DNA from: Methanosalsum zhilinae DSM 4017
GTDB taxonomy: Archaea; Halobacteriota; Methanosarcinia; Methanosarcinales; Methanosarcinaceae
Length of the DNA: 64,000 bases
Assembly (NCBI RefSeq): GCF_000217995.1
Contig: NC_015676.1
Location: 1,345,708 to 1,409,707, forward strand
Direction: 5' to 3'
This document shows, one piece after another, positions 1-10,045 of the stretch. Each line of letters starts with the position of its first letter. The first letter of the stretch is position 1. The translations under genes and the position numbers were made by a program. The notes beneath the pieces are model-generated. The model did not search any database and had not been told where the DNA came from. It was given only the letters and a program-made list of their open reading frames with translations.

Positions 1-2
1 AG

Positions 3-1466
3 CACACTCAGATGCAGACAACATTTGGGATCATAAACCTGGCACTTGTTGACGATGTTCCAAAAGTACTAAACCTTAAAGACATCCTGAAGATATATCT
101 TGATCACCGAATTGATGTGATCCATAAGAGAAGCCAGTTTGAATTGAACAAGGCAGAAAAAAGAGCACATATTCTAAATGGTTTAAAAATAGCACTGGAT
201 CATATTGACGAAGTCATTTCGCTTATCAGGGCTTCCAGTACAACAGAAGAAGCAAAGCTGGGACTGATTGAAAAGTTCCCACTTGATGAGATTCAGGCAA
301 AGGCAATTCTTGAGATGCGCCTGCAGAGATTGACAGGTCTTGAAAGAAAGAAGATCGATGAAGAATATGATGAACTACTGAACACCATTAAGAAACTGCA
401 AGAAATACTTGGAAGTCTGGACAAAAAATATGAAATTATTCATCAGGAACTGATTGCTCTTAAAGAACAATATGCAGATAAGCGTAAGACAGTTATCAAA
501 AGATCCAGCTATGAAATTGAAGATGAAGACCTTGTACCTGAAGAAGACGTTGTTGTAACGATCACCCATGATGGTTACATCAAAAGATTACCCCAGGATA
601 CATATAGCAGCCAACATCGGGGAGGAAGGGGAATTCTTGGTATAGAGACTAAAGAGGGAGATTTTGTAGAAAACATCTTTGTTGCCTCCACCCATGACGA
701 TCTTCTGTTCTTTACTAATAAAGGTAGAGTATATTGTCAGAAAGTCTATGAGATACCCCAGGCAAGCCGTCATTCAAGAGGTAAAGCTATTGTTAACCTT
801 CTTGATCTTAAAGATGAGTTCATAACAGCAATGATCCCCATATCAGAATTTTCGGAGGACAGTTACCTTTTAATGGCCACAAAACAAGGTACTGTGAAAA
901 AATGTCAGCTTTCAGAGTTCAGCAATCTCCGAAAGACAGGTATCATAGCAATAAGCCTGAATGATGAAGATGAACTTTCAAATGTGATACTCACTGATAG
1001 CTCCAGAGATGTGATCCTTGTATCCAGAAATGGAAAAGCCATCCGTTTTTCAGAGTCTGATGTGAGAACCATGGGTAGAACTGCCCGGGGTGTGCGCGGA
1101 ATGAAGCTTGACGGAGATGACATGGTAGTGAGTATAGATGTGGTTGATGAAGATGATTCCACACTCCTGACAGTTACAGAAAAAGGTTTTGGAAAACGCA
1201 CCAGGTTTGGAGAATACAGAACCATGAGAAGAGGTGGCAGGGGGGTCATGACCATAGTTACAAGTATTCGAAACGGCCATGTAGTAAATATAAAATCTGT
1301 AAAAGACAATGATGAGGTCATGTTGACAACGTCTGAAGGAATAATTATAAGGATACCTGTTAAAGACATCCGGATTCAGGGAAGAAATACACAGGGTGTG
1401 AAAATAATGCATGTCCGTTCAGATGATAAAGTTGTGGATGTTGCAAAGATTCGAGCAGAAGATTGA
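3..1466 (+). CDS. gyrA: DNA gyrase subunit A, C-terminal portion (5'-truncated by window edge)
   Basis: The frame is open from the window edge. The translation covers the GyrA tower and C-terminal beta-pinwheel region, with repeated motifs such as GRGGRGI, GRTARGVRGM and RRGGRGV. It ends shortly before pdxS. Confidence 0.8.
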   Translation, partial: HTQMQTTFGIINLALVDDVPKVLNLKDILKIYLDHRIDVIHKRSQFELNKAEKRAHILNGLKIALDHIDEVISLIRASSTTEEAKLGLIEKFPLDEIQAKAILEMRLQRLTGLERKKIDEEYDELLNTIKKLQEILGSLDKKYEIIHQELIALKEQYADKRKTVIKRSSYEIEDEDLVPEEDVVVTITHDGYIKRLPQDTYSSQHRGGRGILGIETKEGDFVENIFVASTHDDLLFFTNKGRVYCQKVYEIPQASRHSRGKAIVNLLDLKDEFITAMIPISEFSEDSYLLMATKQGTVKKCQLSEFSNLRKTGIIAISLNDEDELSNVILTDSSRDVILVSRNGKAIRFSESDVRTMGRTARGVRGMKLDGDDMVVSIDVVDEDDSTLLTVTEKGFGKRTRFGEYRTMRRGGRGVMTIVTSIRNGHVVNIKSVKDNDEVMLTTSEGIIIRIPVKDIRIQGRNTQGVKIMHVRSDDKVVDVAKIRAED

Positions 1467-1534
1467 TTAGAAGAAGTAAGTGTTTTAACTATTGTTGCTA
1501 TTTAAACTTTGATCAAGTTTGAAATAAAGAAAGG

Positions 1535-2440
1535 ATGATTATAATGGAACTTGAAAATCTAAAACATGGAACTGAATTGATAAAAAGAGGTTTTGCCAAG
1601 ATGCAGAAAGGAGGCGTCATCATGGATGTGACAACTCCTGAGCAGGCAAAAATCGCAGAAGACGCAGGTGCAGTTGCAGTAATGGCACTTCAGGCAGTAC
1701 CAGCGGATATCAGAAAAGCCGGCGGTGTTGCAAGAATGGCAGATCCTGAGATTGTGGCCAATATCATTGATGCTGTTACAATACCAGTAATGGCAAAAGT
1801 GCGTATCGGACATTTTGTGGAAGCTGAGATCCTTGAAACTCTTGGTGTTGATATGATTGATGAGTCAGAGGTATTGACTCCGGCAGATGACCAGTACCAC
1901 ATTGACAAAACCAAATATACAGTACCTTTTGTATGCGGTGCACGAAACCTTGGTGAAGCACTTCGACGTATATCAGAAGGTGCTGCAATGATAAGGACAA
2001 AAGGTGAAGCAGGTACTGGTGATGTAAGTGAAGCTGTGCGCCACATGAAGCAGATCATGGGAGAAGTTCGAGAACTTGCCGGTAAGAATAAAGAAGAACT
2101 TACCATGGTGGCAAGGGATATTGAAGCTCCTGCAGATCTTTTAATCGAAACTGCAAAGCTCCAGCGCCTTCCTGTGGTAAACTTTGCTGCTGGCGGGATT
2201 GCTACTCCTGCAGATGCAGCACTGATGATGCGCCTTGGTGCAGATGGCATTTTTGTAGGATCAGGTATATTCAAGGCTGAAAATCCGGAAAAAATGGCCA
2301 GGTCTATTGTAAAGGCTGCTAACAATTACGACAAACCGCAAGTCCTGGCAGAGGTCTCAAAGGGCATAGGAGCAGGCATGAAGGGAATAAGTATCTCAAC
2401 AATAGCCCATGAAGAAAGCCTTCAACTACGCGGCTGGTAA
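1535..2440 (+). CDS. pdxS: Pyridoxal 5'-phosphate synthase lyase subunit PdxS
   Basis: The 301-aa product has PdxS/SNZ hallmarks ([27 protein letters not shown]; [16 protein letters not shown]; [21 protein letters not shown]). The start may be the internal Met at 1544. Confidence 0.9.
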   Translation: MIIMELENLKHGTELIKRGFAKMQKGGVIMDVTTPEQAKIAEDAGAVAVMALQAVPADIRKAGGVARMADPEIVANIIDAVTIPVMAKVRIGHFVEAEILETLGVDMIDESEVLTPADDQYHIDKTKYTVPFVCGARNLGEALRRISEGAAMIRTKGEAGTGDVSEAVRHMKQIMGEVRELAGKNKEELTMVARDIEAPADLLIETAKLQRLPVVNFAAGGIATPADAALMMRLGADGIFVGSGIFKAENPEKMARSIVKAANNYDKPQVLAEVSKGIGAGMKGISISTIAHEESLQLRGW

Positions 2441-2466
2441 TTATATTCAAGTCCTGGGAAAATAAT

Positions 2467-3078
2467 ATGCGCATAGGGATTATAGCATTACAGGGAGATG
2501 TAAGCGAGCATGAGAGAATGTTACAACTTACTCTCAATCAAAGAGAAGAAGAGTGCAATATAGTCCCTATAAAGCATAAAGGACTTGTTCCTTCATGTGA
2601 TGGATTAATCCTTACGGGGGGTGAGAGTACCACCCTGTCCCGTCTGTTAGTTACAGAAGGCATTGCTGAGGAAATCATAGATGCTAACATCCGTCAGGTT
2701 CCGATTATGGGAACGTGTGCAGGCATGATTGTAATAGCAAAAAGAGGGGACGAACAGGTTGAAAAGACTGGGCAGTATTTACTCTCAATAATGGATATCG
2801 GAATCAAAAGAAATGCATTTGGAAGACAGAAAGATTCTTTTGAGATAATGCTGGATATAGATCCTCTTGAAGACCCGTATAATGCTGTATTTATACGCGC
2901 CCCTGCAATCATTGAGTATGGGAAGGATGTGAAGCCACTAGCGTTGGTTGGAGACCTTACAGTTGCAGCAGAAGAGAAAAATATCCTGGCCCTTGCGTTT
3001 CATCCGGAACTTACAGATGATATAAGGATACATAACTATTTTTTAGATAAAGTTTCTAGCCTAGCAGACCAGGAATAA
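2467..3078 (+). CDS. pdxT: Pyridoxal 5'-phosphate synthase glutaminase subunit PdxT
   Basis: The 203-aa product is a class I glutamine amidotransferase with GTCAG around the catalytic Cys and a C-terminal HPEL motif. It lies immediately downstream of pdxS. Confidence 0.85.
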   Translation: MRIGIIALQGDVSEHERMLQLTLNQREEECNIVPIKHKGLVPSCDGLILTGGESTTLSRLLVTEGIAEEIIDANIRQVPIMGTCAGMIVIAKRGDEQVEKTGQYLLSIMDIGIKRNAFGRQKDSFEIMLDIDPLEDPYNAVFIRAPAIIEYGKDVKPLALVGDLTVAAEEKNILALAFHPELTDDIRIHNYFLDKVSSLADQE

Positions 3079-3210
3079 CTGCTAGTAAAAAAAACAAATA
3101 CATTAATTACAATAATTTAGGTTTATACAGAAGAAATTAGAATAGGAATAAAAATAAAAAAATGAAATGGCCGTTAACAACTACTGTACCATTCCTAAGA
3201 TTATTAAAAA

Positions 3211-3612
3211 TTACTCTTCGACTCCCTCTGCAGGGCTTCCACCCAGTATTTCGTCTATAGGTTTTTCACCATAACCGATTATTTTTGTATTGATCTGGAT
3301 AGTGTCTGTTGCAATTTCACGTCCATGCATGAGTTTTCTTCTACGGACACCATTGGATTTGGGCTTATAGCCAGTACTGGCAGAAAGCAGAATTTTACGC
3401 CTTTTTGGCCCTGGTATGTCACGTCTCATAACAACTCCGGTTTTATCGCTTCCACCGGTTATCTTTAGAGTATAACCTTTCAGGCCAACCACACCGCCAT
3501 CAATATTTTCTCCGATTGACTTTCCTATAAATTTATTTGCATCGGTCCCTTTTACATCAAACTGATAAGTTTTTGTTTTGGGATCCGAAACTACAACTTT
3601 AAAATCTGCCAT
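3211..3612 (-). CDS. rps6e: 30S ribosomal protein S6e
   Basis: The 133-aa product begins MADFKVVVSDPKTKTYQ and has a basic RRRK stretch. It is a typical archaeal S6e. Confidence 0.8.
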   Translation of the reverse strand: MADFKVVVSDPKTKTYQFDVKGTDANKFIGKSIGENIDGGVVGLKGYTLKITGGSDKTGVVMRRDIPGPKRRKILLSASTGYKPKSNGVRRRKLMHGREIATDTIQINTKIIGYGEKPIDEILGGSPAEGVEE

Positions 3613-3693
3613 AATTTATCCTCCAAATTGATATTTCTTGTTTTTCATTCAATATTTTGATTAATATTATAATATTTTGGAACTGTTCTTTTT

Positions 3694-5469
3694 TTATTTC
3701 GCCCAGAATGGATTATCTCTTCTTTTTATAGACAGAAATGATTCAAACGTTTCGACTTCATCAGCCGTGAGAGAATCATATAGTTCCTGTTCAAGCACTT
3801 TTGCATGTCTTTCAGGTATATTTACATAGAGAGTATCTTCTTCCTTAATCTGCCGTCCAACTGTAGGTCCTTCAAGTGCCATAGCAACTTCCATTCCAAT
3901 CGAGGCTTTGCTAATATTTTCTCCTTCAAGCTGTAAGCCCTTGACTTTCCCTACCACATCACCATCTTGAGTCGATATCTCTACATTGTTTTTCACACTT
4001 CCACCTACAATTTTTACACCAACAACAGCAGGCTTACTCTGTCTGAAAACACATCCTGGCATAATAGTAAATCTTCCAGGTTTGACTATCAATTCAGCAA
4101 TCGTCTTTTCAGATTGCTCTTTTTGTTTTTTAACCCAGTCCTTATAGTCATCTATCAAGCGGTAAATAATGTTACCCATAAATACTTTTATTTCAGAAGA
4201 CTGAATTTTTTCCCGGGCATCAGGCAGCATACTGACATTAAAGCCAATTATAACTGAATAATAAGGATCTTCAATAGCTGCCACTTCCACAATATCCCTG
4301 TGAGAAATATCTCCCACTCCTGCCTTTCTGATGGGGATCTCTTCTTTGGTCAGTTCATTGACAAGAGCTTCAAGAGACCCTATAGTATCAGCTTTGATCG
4401 CAACACCTGTACTTCCAGTTGGAAGTGTAACCTGTTCCAGTTCTGTTTTGATTTCCTTTGCAATTTCATCTGCATTATCAGAACCTGCAACTCTCACAGC
4501 TGTACCGGCCAGTGCTTTTTCAAGCGAGGGAGCCGCAATTTTCACACCTATTGCCGCAGTCACTTCATTAACAGACTTGAATTTTTCTTCAGTCTGTATT
4601 TCAGTAAGAGGACGTGGTTTCAGTAATGCCCTGACCTTTGTAATTATGGGATTCCCAAGACTTCCCACTACAATTGTGTCACCTTTTTTCAGGGTTCCAT
4701 CATAAAGGATCACATCAATTGTAGTTCCAAGCCCCTTTTCTTCCTTAATTTCCAGTACAGTCCCTGTACCGGGATTATTTGCATCGAAACGAAGGTTGGA
4801 TTCCAAAAATTTCTGTGCAAGACCCAGTAAGATCATCAAAATATCCGCAACCCCTTCTCCAGTTGCAGCACTTATTGGAACTATACCCACATTCTTCTGA
4901 AAGTCTGTAACTCTGTCATAGCGTTCTGAGTTGAATCCAAGTTTGTAAAGTTCACCAACCAGTTCATAGATTCTGGTATCTATTAACTGCTGTACATTCT
5001 CACTCTGATTCTTGAAAGATTCAGCAAAAGGTTTCTCTGGATTGGTTCTCCATCCTGGAATTCGGTCGATCTTGTTAGCAGCAACAACAAAAGGTGTTTT
5101 AAACCTTTTCAGAATCTGAAGACTTTCAATTGTTTGCGGCATAAAGCCTTCATTTATGTCAACGATTACTATAGCAAGGTCTGCAAGGGCTCCCCCACGG
5201 CTTCTAAGAGAAGTGAATGCATGATGTCCGGGAGTATCTATAAATAGAAGGCCGGGAACAATGAATTTATTTATTAACTGAGGTTGACCACACTTGTTTA
5301 CAATTATGTCTATTGGAACTTCGGTAGCACCAATATGCTGTGTTATAGCACCAGCTTCACCTGCTACTACAGCAGTGCCCCTGATTTTGTCAAGCAACGA
5401 GGTCTTTCCATGATCCACATGCCCCATTACACATACTATTGGTGTTCTAAGTTTTTTGTTCTCAGCCAT
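3694..5469 (-). CDS. infB: Translation initiation factor aIF5B (IF2 homologue)
   Basis: The 591-aa product has GTPase motifs (GHVDHGKTSLLD, DTPGH, NKID) followed by beta-barrel domains. Its size and position beside ndk are typical of aIF5B. Confidence 0.9.
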   Translation of the reverse strand: MAENKKLRTPIVCVMGHVDHGKTSLLDKIRGTAVVAGEAGAITQHIGATEVPIDIIVNKCGQPQLINKFIVPGLLFIDTPGHHAFTSLRSRGGALADLAIVIVDINEGFMPQTIESLQILKRFKTPFVVAANKIDRIPGWRTNPEKPFAESFKNQSENVQQLIDTRIYELVGELYKLGFNSERYDRVTDFQKNVGIVPISAATGEGVADILMILLGLAQKFLESNLRFDANNPGTGTVLEIKEEKGLGTTIDVILYDGTLKKGDTIVVGSLGNPIITKVRALLKPRPLTEIQTEEKFKSVNEVTAAIGVKIAAPSLEKALAGTAVRVAGSDNADEIAKEIKTELEQVTLPTGSTGVAIKADTIGSLEALVNELTKEEIPIRKAGVGDISHRDIVEVAAIEDPYYSVIIGFNVSMLPDAREKIQSSEIKVFMGNIIYRLIDDYKDWVKKQKEQSEKTIAELIVKPGRFTIMPGCVFRQSKPAVVGVKIVGGSVKNNVEISTQDGDVVGKVKGLQLEGENISKASIGMEVAMALEGPTVGRQIKEEDTLYVNIPERHAKVLEQELYDSLTADEVETFESFLSIKRRDNPFWAK

Positions 5470-5571
5470 AATACAATGCTCCCCTGTCTATTTCCGGTAA
5501 TCTCAGTTCAGTTACCAGTATAAGATCAAAGACCCGATCATTTCGTTAAAAAAGAAATATTAAGATCTTTC

Positions 5572-6021
5572 TTATTCGTATAGACAGACTTCATCAATCT
5601 TTCTGTAATCAACAGATTCCTTTTCACCGAAATGAATCGAAATCTCACGTCTGGCAGCTTCCTGTGAATCCGAGGCGTGTACAATATTTCGGCCGGTTTC
5701 AATGGCAAAGTCTCCGCGAATAGTGCCAGGACTGGCATCCACTGGATTAGTAGCGCCATTGATTGTCCTCATGATAGATATTGCATTTTTTCCCTGGACT
5801 ATCATTGAAACAGAAGGTCCGGATGTTACATATGCTATCAATGAATCAAAGAACGGCTTTTCTTTGTGTTCTGCATAATGTTCTTTTGCAGTATCCTCAT
5901 CAATAAAATTCATTCTGAGTGCAACTATTTTGAAACCTCTTCTTTCAATGCGGGATATTATCTCTCCTACGAGTCCTCTCTGAACTCCATCAGGCTTTAC
6001 CATTACATAAGTTTCTTCCAT
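5572..6021 (-). CDS. ndk: Nucleoside diphosphate kinase
   Basis: The 149-aa product has NDK motifs (ETYVMVKPDGVQRGL; NIVHASDS). Confidence 0.9.
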   Translation of the reverse strand: MEETYVMVKPDGVQRGLVGEIISRIERRGFKIVALRMNFIDEDTAKEHYAEHKEKPFFDSLIAYVTSGPSVSMIVQGKNAISIMRTINGATNPVDASPGTIRGDFAIETGRNIVHASDSQEAARREISIHFGEKESVDYRKIDEVCLYE

Positions 6022-6034
6022 GTATCTGCCTCAG

Positions 6035-6229
6035 TTATTTTTTGAGATAGATTCGCCCCTGCTCGGTCCAGGGAGTACGTCTTGAAAGTCTTCCAAGTTT
6101 ATAGTTGCCCTCGCATTTCGAAGAGCAAAAATAATAACTTGACCCATCCTTTTTGACGAATAAATTACCGCATCCTGGCTCAAGAAATTCACCACAGAAT
6201 GAGCATTTTCTCTGTTCCATTATCATCAC
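6035..6229 (-). CDS. rpl24e: 50S ribosomal protein L24e
   Basis: The product has the C4 zinc ribbon CSFCG...CSSKC typical of L24e. Its stop overlaps the start of the next gene. Confidence 0.8.
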   Translation of the reverse strand: MMIMEQRKCSFCGEFLEPGCGNLFVKKDGSSYYFCSSKCEGNYKLGRLSRRTPWTEQGRIYLKK

Positions 6230-6441
6230 CTTGTAGTTAATTTCTTGGCTTCTCTTGATGTTTCCAGCAACATAAAAACATCGCCAATTCTAACAGGACC
6301 AACGCAATTACGTGTGATAATTCTTCCCTTATCACGGCCTTCTAATACACGACACTGTATCTGGCTTGCTTCGCCATGCATGCCGGTGTTTCCAATAACG
6401 TCAATTACTTCAGCCGCATATCCTGTATTTTCATCTGCCAT
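6226..6441 (-). CDS. rps28e: 30S ribosomal protein S28e
   Basis: The 71-aa product contains [26 protein letters not shown]...[11 protein letters not shown], a conserved S28e core. Confidence 0.8.
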   Translation of the reverse strand: MADENTGYAAEVIDVIGNTGMHGEASQIQCRVLEGRDKGRIITRNCVGPVRIGDVFMLLETSREAKKLTTR

Positions 6442-6474
6442 TCAGAATTTCTCCATTTGATTTTGATGTAGAAA

Positions 6475-6831
6475 TTATTTAAGTGAACTCATTTTTTCGA
6501 CGATATCATCAATCGTCTCTTTACCTTTACCAGCATCGGTGATAGCAACAGCAGCACATGCCACACCAATACCGCAGGCTGCCCCCAGTTCCTTTTGTTC
6601 TTTTACAAATATGTATGGTGTATTTTTTTCTTCACAAAGGACCGGTATATGAGCAATAATTTCTTCAGGACTTACGTCCTCTGCAATGATAGTAAGTTTT
6701 GTAACCCCTCTTTCAATTGCTTTTGTTGCTTCATTTGTTCCTTTCTTGACTTTGCCTGTATCTCTTGCCATCTCAAGCGCTTCTAATGCTTTATTGACCA
6801 GTTCTTCTGGAACATCTAATTTTTTCATCAT
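6475..6831 (-). CDS. rpl7ae: 50S ribosomal protein L7Ae (start probably at the internal MMKKLD Met; the ORF-track start at 6882 is likely over-extended)
   Basis: The product has the L7Ae/L30e fold signature ([13 protein letters not shown]...[10 protein letters not shown]...[18 protein letters not shown]). This gene completes the canonical L7Ae-S28e-L24e cluster. Confidence 0.8.
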   Translation of the reverse strand: MMKKLDVPEELVNKALEALEMARDTGKVKKGTNEATKAIERGVTKLTIIAEDVSPEEIIAHIPVLCEEKNTPYIFVKEQKELGAACGIGVACAAVAITDAGKGKETIDDIVEKMSSLK

Positions 6832-7110
6832 TTTTTTTGTCTCCTTCAAAATCACAATACTGGTATCGTGATTTTTCATCATTCATTGCATTTTCAATAA
6901 ATATTCAGTTTGATGATAAACTGTAATCTTTCTGTCAGCTACATAATTTTGTAGTATATTCTGACATTAGGTTTTGTGATATGAATCATTTCATTTACAT
7001 AAATATTTTATGCTAAATCCATACAGTGCAGCTACAATAACATACTCACGTATAAACCTTCTGATTGAACCAAGTTAAAAAATTAAATTGAAAAAAGAAG
7101 ATGGTTTTCT

Positions 7111-7953
7111 TTACTGCATAGGTTCATTAATAAGAGTAAAGAAGTTGCCTTCCACTACAACTTTTGTAAATTCATCATCTTCTTCGATGCTATATGCAAG
7201 TCCACGTTCAGTACTGTTCGCCTCATAACTACCTATGAGATCCATAGTATCCTGTGAAAGATTCTGGTACACTACTGTACGGATATAATTCTGCCCATCC
7301 ATCTGACTAAAACCAATGTATACCTTGTCTGCATAGTTATCTTCACTGAGAGAATTTACTATCTGGAATTCTGAATCATTGTCTTGTGCATAGTTTAATA
7401 ATGAGTCAAACTGACTGGTGCTTTCCATGTCCGTGTTTACAATATCAATTATAGCTTCAACCTTGTCTCTTGGACCCAGAATGAGCGGAGATCCTATAAC
7501 ATTATATATATTTTCTGCACGAGGCAGCATAAAATATCCATCATATGTAACAGGTTCACCATACTGGAAGGCAACAACCTCAGGTCTTATGACATCAAGC
7601 TGGAACCAGGATTCTTCTTCATCATAATATGCAGAGTAAGTGCTCACTACCTGAGAACCATAAATAGAATCAAGTTCCTGTATATCCATCAGCATTTCAA
7701 GCGGAGTACCTTCAATGGATGATATGTCACGGTACTGTGCAGAGGTAACTCCCTCAGGAGTCATACTCAGAGCATCAGCTATTGATCCAAAAGGTTGATT
7801 GATCTTGTTACCAGGTATTGAATCAAAAGGTATCGCTTCCTGCGTATTCTCATCGTTTTCTGCAGGGGGAGATACGCCGCTGAACAGGATGGCAAATAAT
7901 GCTCCAACCATTATGACAGCCAGAAATATGGCAATTAATTTATTACTATTCAT
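7111..7953 (-). CDS. Membrane-anchored or secreted hypothetical protein
   Basis: The 280-aa ORF has an N-terminal hydrophobic anchor (LIAIFLAVIMVGALFAILF). The remainder is acidic and presumably extracellular, with no recognisable catalytic motif. Confidence 0.45.
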   Translation of the reverse strand: MNSNKLIAIFLAVIMVGALFAILFSGVSPPAENDENTQEAIPFDSIPGNKINQPFGSIADALSMTPEGVTSAQYRDISSIEGTPLEMLMDIQELDSIYGSQVVSTYSAYYDEEESWFQLDVIRPEVVAFQYGEPVTYDGYFMLPRAENIYNVIGSPLILGPRDKVEAIIDIVNTDMESTSQFDSLLNYAQDNDSEFQIVNSLSEDNYADKVYIGFSQMDGQNYIRTVVYQNLSQDTMDLIGSYEANSTERGLAYSIEEDDEFTKVVVEGNFFTLINEPMQ

Positions 7954-8064
7954 TAAAATACCCCTTTAGTGATATTACTCCTAATAAGAAAATACATTTT
8001 ATATTAAGTCTTCGCCAAATTTTTTATCTGCCATATATAATTCCATCAGGAATTTCAAAGTAGT

Positions 8065-8856
8065 TTAAACGTTTCGAAATATCTGCTTTTTTATGAGTCC
8101 ATAATTATCGAATCCACCATATATACTCATGAAAAGGCTAAGTGAGACAGTCAACATAGTTGATACATATATTCCGATCATTATTGCCATTTGATATTTT
8201 ATTGCAAGTATTGGAGATGCGCCTCCAAGAAGAAGACCGGTCATCATTCCCGGTAGTGTCACGATCCCAATAGTTACCATGCTTGCAAGTGTGGGCCTTA
8301 ATGAAACCAGAAGACTGTTTCTTATATATGGCATCAAAGCTTCATGCTTTTTTGCACCAAAAGATAACCTGTTAATATAGCTGACTTCATTATGTTTAAT
8401 ACTATTGAAAAAATCACTTACTCCTACAACATTTCCTCTAAGAGAATTGCCCAGAAACATACCCGCAATCGGGATAAGGTATCTAGCATCAAACAGATGA
8501 TCCAGACTGACAACAAAATGATTGAAATATAGAAGAATAAGAATATTGCCACCTAAAAACGAGCATACCATAGGAAAGTATAGCTCCTTCACTTTAAGAT
8601 TGATATTATCAATTGAAGTATAGGCTGCAACAAGAACCATTACAAGGACCCATGCCATATTGATGTAGCTGTTGTTCAGATCAAAAAGAAAAGTTAGAAA
8701 TAATCCTACCAGGAACAACTGGATAGCCATCCTGCCAACCGTAGTCATCGATTCCTGCATTATCTTTAATTTTGTTATGTAGCTGATAATTGCAGGGATT
8801 AATAGAAGCAATCCACACAGTACAAGTGAATAATTAGAAATATCATAGGTAGTCAT
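8065..8856 (-). CDS. Integral membrane protein, putative ABC-type permease partner
   Basis: The 263-aa product is highly hydrophobic with multiple predicted TM helices. It lies directly downstream of an ABC ATPase with a 1-nt gap. Confidence 0.5.
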   Translation of the reverse strand: MTTYDISNYSLVLCGLLLLIPAIISYITKLKIMQESMTTVGRMAIQLFLVGLFLTFLFDLNNSYINMAWVLVMVLVAAYTSIDNINLKVKELYFPMVCSFLGGNILILLYFNHFVVSLDHLFDARYLIPIAGMFLGNSLRGNVVGVSDFFNSIKHNEVSYINRLSFGAKKHEALMPYIRNSLLVSLRPTLASMVTIGIVTLPGMMTGLLLGGASPILAIKYQMAIMIGIYVSTMLTVSLSLFMSIYGGFDNYGLIKKQIFRNV

Positions 8857-9486
8857 TCAATCACCGATGTTTATAACTTTCATGTTGTCCATCTCCCATT
8901 GATTATCATGTGAAGCAACAATAAGAGTCCAGTCTTTATTCCCTACAAAATAGTTGATTACCTTTTCTTTCATATTCTGATCAAGAGATGAAGTGATTTC
9001 ATCAAGCAGATAAACATCCCTGTCCAGCAGGAGAGCTATAATTATACAGATCCTCTGTTTTTCACCACCTGAAAGTTCATCGTAATCTTGCTGTAATATC
9101 TTATGATCAAGATCAAAATATTCCAGAAAATATTCCAGTTTATTGCGATCAAACTTATCCAAATTTTTCCTGTAGGAAAATATCTCATCAAAGATATTTG
9201 TAACTGGCCCCTCCCATATATCCAGATATTGCGAGATATAACAAACCTGCTCTCTTACTTCCCATATATTATAGCAGTCAAGACAATTTCCATTAAAGTA
9301 TATCAATCCTTCAGAAGGAAAACTAAATCCCATAATCAATTTCAATAAAGTTGACTTTCCACTACCTGATCTACCTTTAAAGAGTATCTTATCTCCTTTT
9401 TTTACTTTCAGATTGAAATTATTAATTATTTTTTTATTTTCGTAATCAATATGGATATTTCTGTACTCTACCAGCACGTAGCTCAT
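8857..9486 (-). CDS. ABC transporter ATP-binding protein
   Basis: The product has Walker A (GRSGSGKST), the ABC signature (LSGGEKQR) and Walker B (YLLDE). Confidence 0.75.
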   Translation of the reverse strand: MSYVLVEYRNIHIDYENKKIINNFNLKVKKGDKILFKGRSGSGKSTLLKLIMGFSFPSEGLIYFNGNCLDCYNIWEVREQVCYISQYLDIWEGPVTNIFDEIFSYRKNLDKFDRNKLEYFLEYFDLDHKILQQDYDELSGGEKQRICIIIALLLDRDVYLLDEITSSLDQNMKEKVINYFVGNKDWTLIVASHDNQWEMDNMKVINIGD

Positions 9487-9760
9487 CTTCCTTCAATAAT
9501 ATTTGAATTGACACCTATGATTTACAAAAACACAAAATATCGAGCTATATTAAGAGATGTGGATTGGCTAATATATATTAGCATCAAGGATCAAATACAG
9601 GTTACACTTATTAACAAATATAGCAACTCTTATGAAAATATGTGCAGCTAGTATCATATAGAGAGAAAATATAATACATAATAATTAATTTTCATATGTT
9701 TGTTGTGAATTACTGCGCGCTGTGCGCCTGGACAGATTGAATTTACCGATAAGTATATGT

Positions 9761-9768
9761 TTTATAAA
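9761..9768 (+). promoter_or_regulatory. Archaeal TATA box (TTTATAAA) about 33 nt upstream of tRNA-Trp
   Basis: A TTTATAAA octamer sits at the expected distance upstream of the tRNA 5' end. This spacing is typical of archaeal tRNA promoters. Confidence 0.45.
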
Positions 9769-9800
9769 GTTTATTGGGAGGAGTACAATTACATCTAACA

Positions 9801-9993
9801 GGGGCTGTGGCCTAGTCCGGCATGGCGACGGGCTCCAGCGGATAAATGATGAACAACGGGTCTACTGAGGCCTTTCCGACGGGAAAGATCAATGAGGAAC
9901 CGTTGGAGCACTGATATGCTCATGAATTAAAGCTGTCACAGATAGCAATTCGGAGAGACCCGTCGATCGTGAGTTCAAATCTCACCAGCCCCA
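9801..9993 (+). tRNA. tRNA-Trp (anticodon CCA) interrupted by a ~119-nt intron at the canonical 37/38 position
   Basis: The acceptor stem is GGGGCTG/CAGCCCC with discriminator A. The T-arm is GTGAG-TTCAAAT-CTCAC. The anticodon stem is ACGGG/CCCGT with loop CT-CCA-G. The anticodon-stem halves lie about 120 nt apart, which implies a long intron. CCA is not encoded. Confidence 0.85.
9839..9957 (+). ncRNA. Box C/D sRNA embedded in the tRNA-Trp intron
   Basis: The intron carries box C ATGATGA (9846-9852), box D' CTGA (9865-9868), a C'-like ATGAGGA (9892-9898) and box D CTGA (9911-9914). The guide upstream of D is complementary to GCTCCA-CGG of the anticodon loop, placing the fifth nucleotide opposite C34. 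The guide upstream of D' is complementary to AGACCCGT, placing the fifth nucleotide opposite C39. Confidence 0.65.
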
Positions 9994-10000
9994 TTAACAC

Positions 10001-10007
10001 TTTTTTT
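10001..10007 (+). terminator. Oligo-T tract (T7) immediately downstream of tRNA-Trp
   Basis: A TTTTTTT run lies 8 nt after the tRNA 3' end. This is the usual archaeal intrinsic termination signal. Confidence 0.5.
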
Positions 10008-10045
10008 AAAATGAGAGAGACAAACCAAGTGGAGATGCCAAACAT

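Noticed and set aside
375-1412. Several 60-150-aa ORFs antisense to or overlapping gyrA. Similar small ORFs overlap infB, pdxS, kor, pus10, the giant helicase and others.
   Set aside because: They lie entirely within, and on the opposite strand or out of frame to, strongly supported genes. They have low-complexity or Cys/Ser-rich composition typical of spurious ORFs.
6832-6882. N-terminal extension of the L7Ae ORF ([17 protein letters not shown]).
   Set aside because: L7Ae is ~120 aa in archaea. The internal MMKKLD start gives the canonical length, so the extension is probably upstream non-coding sequence read through to an earlier ATG.
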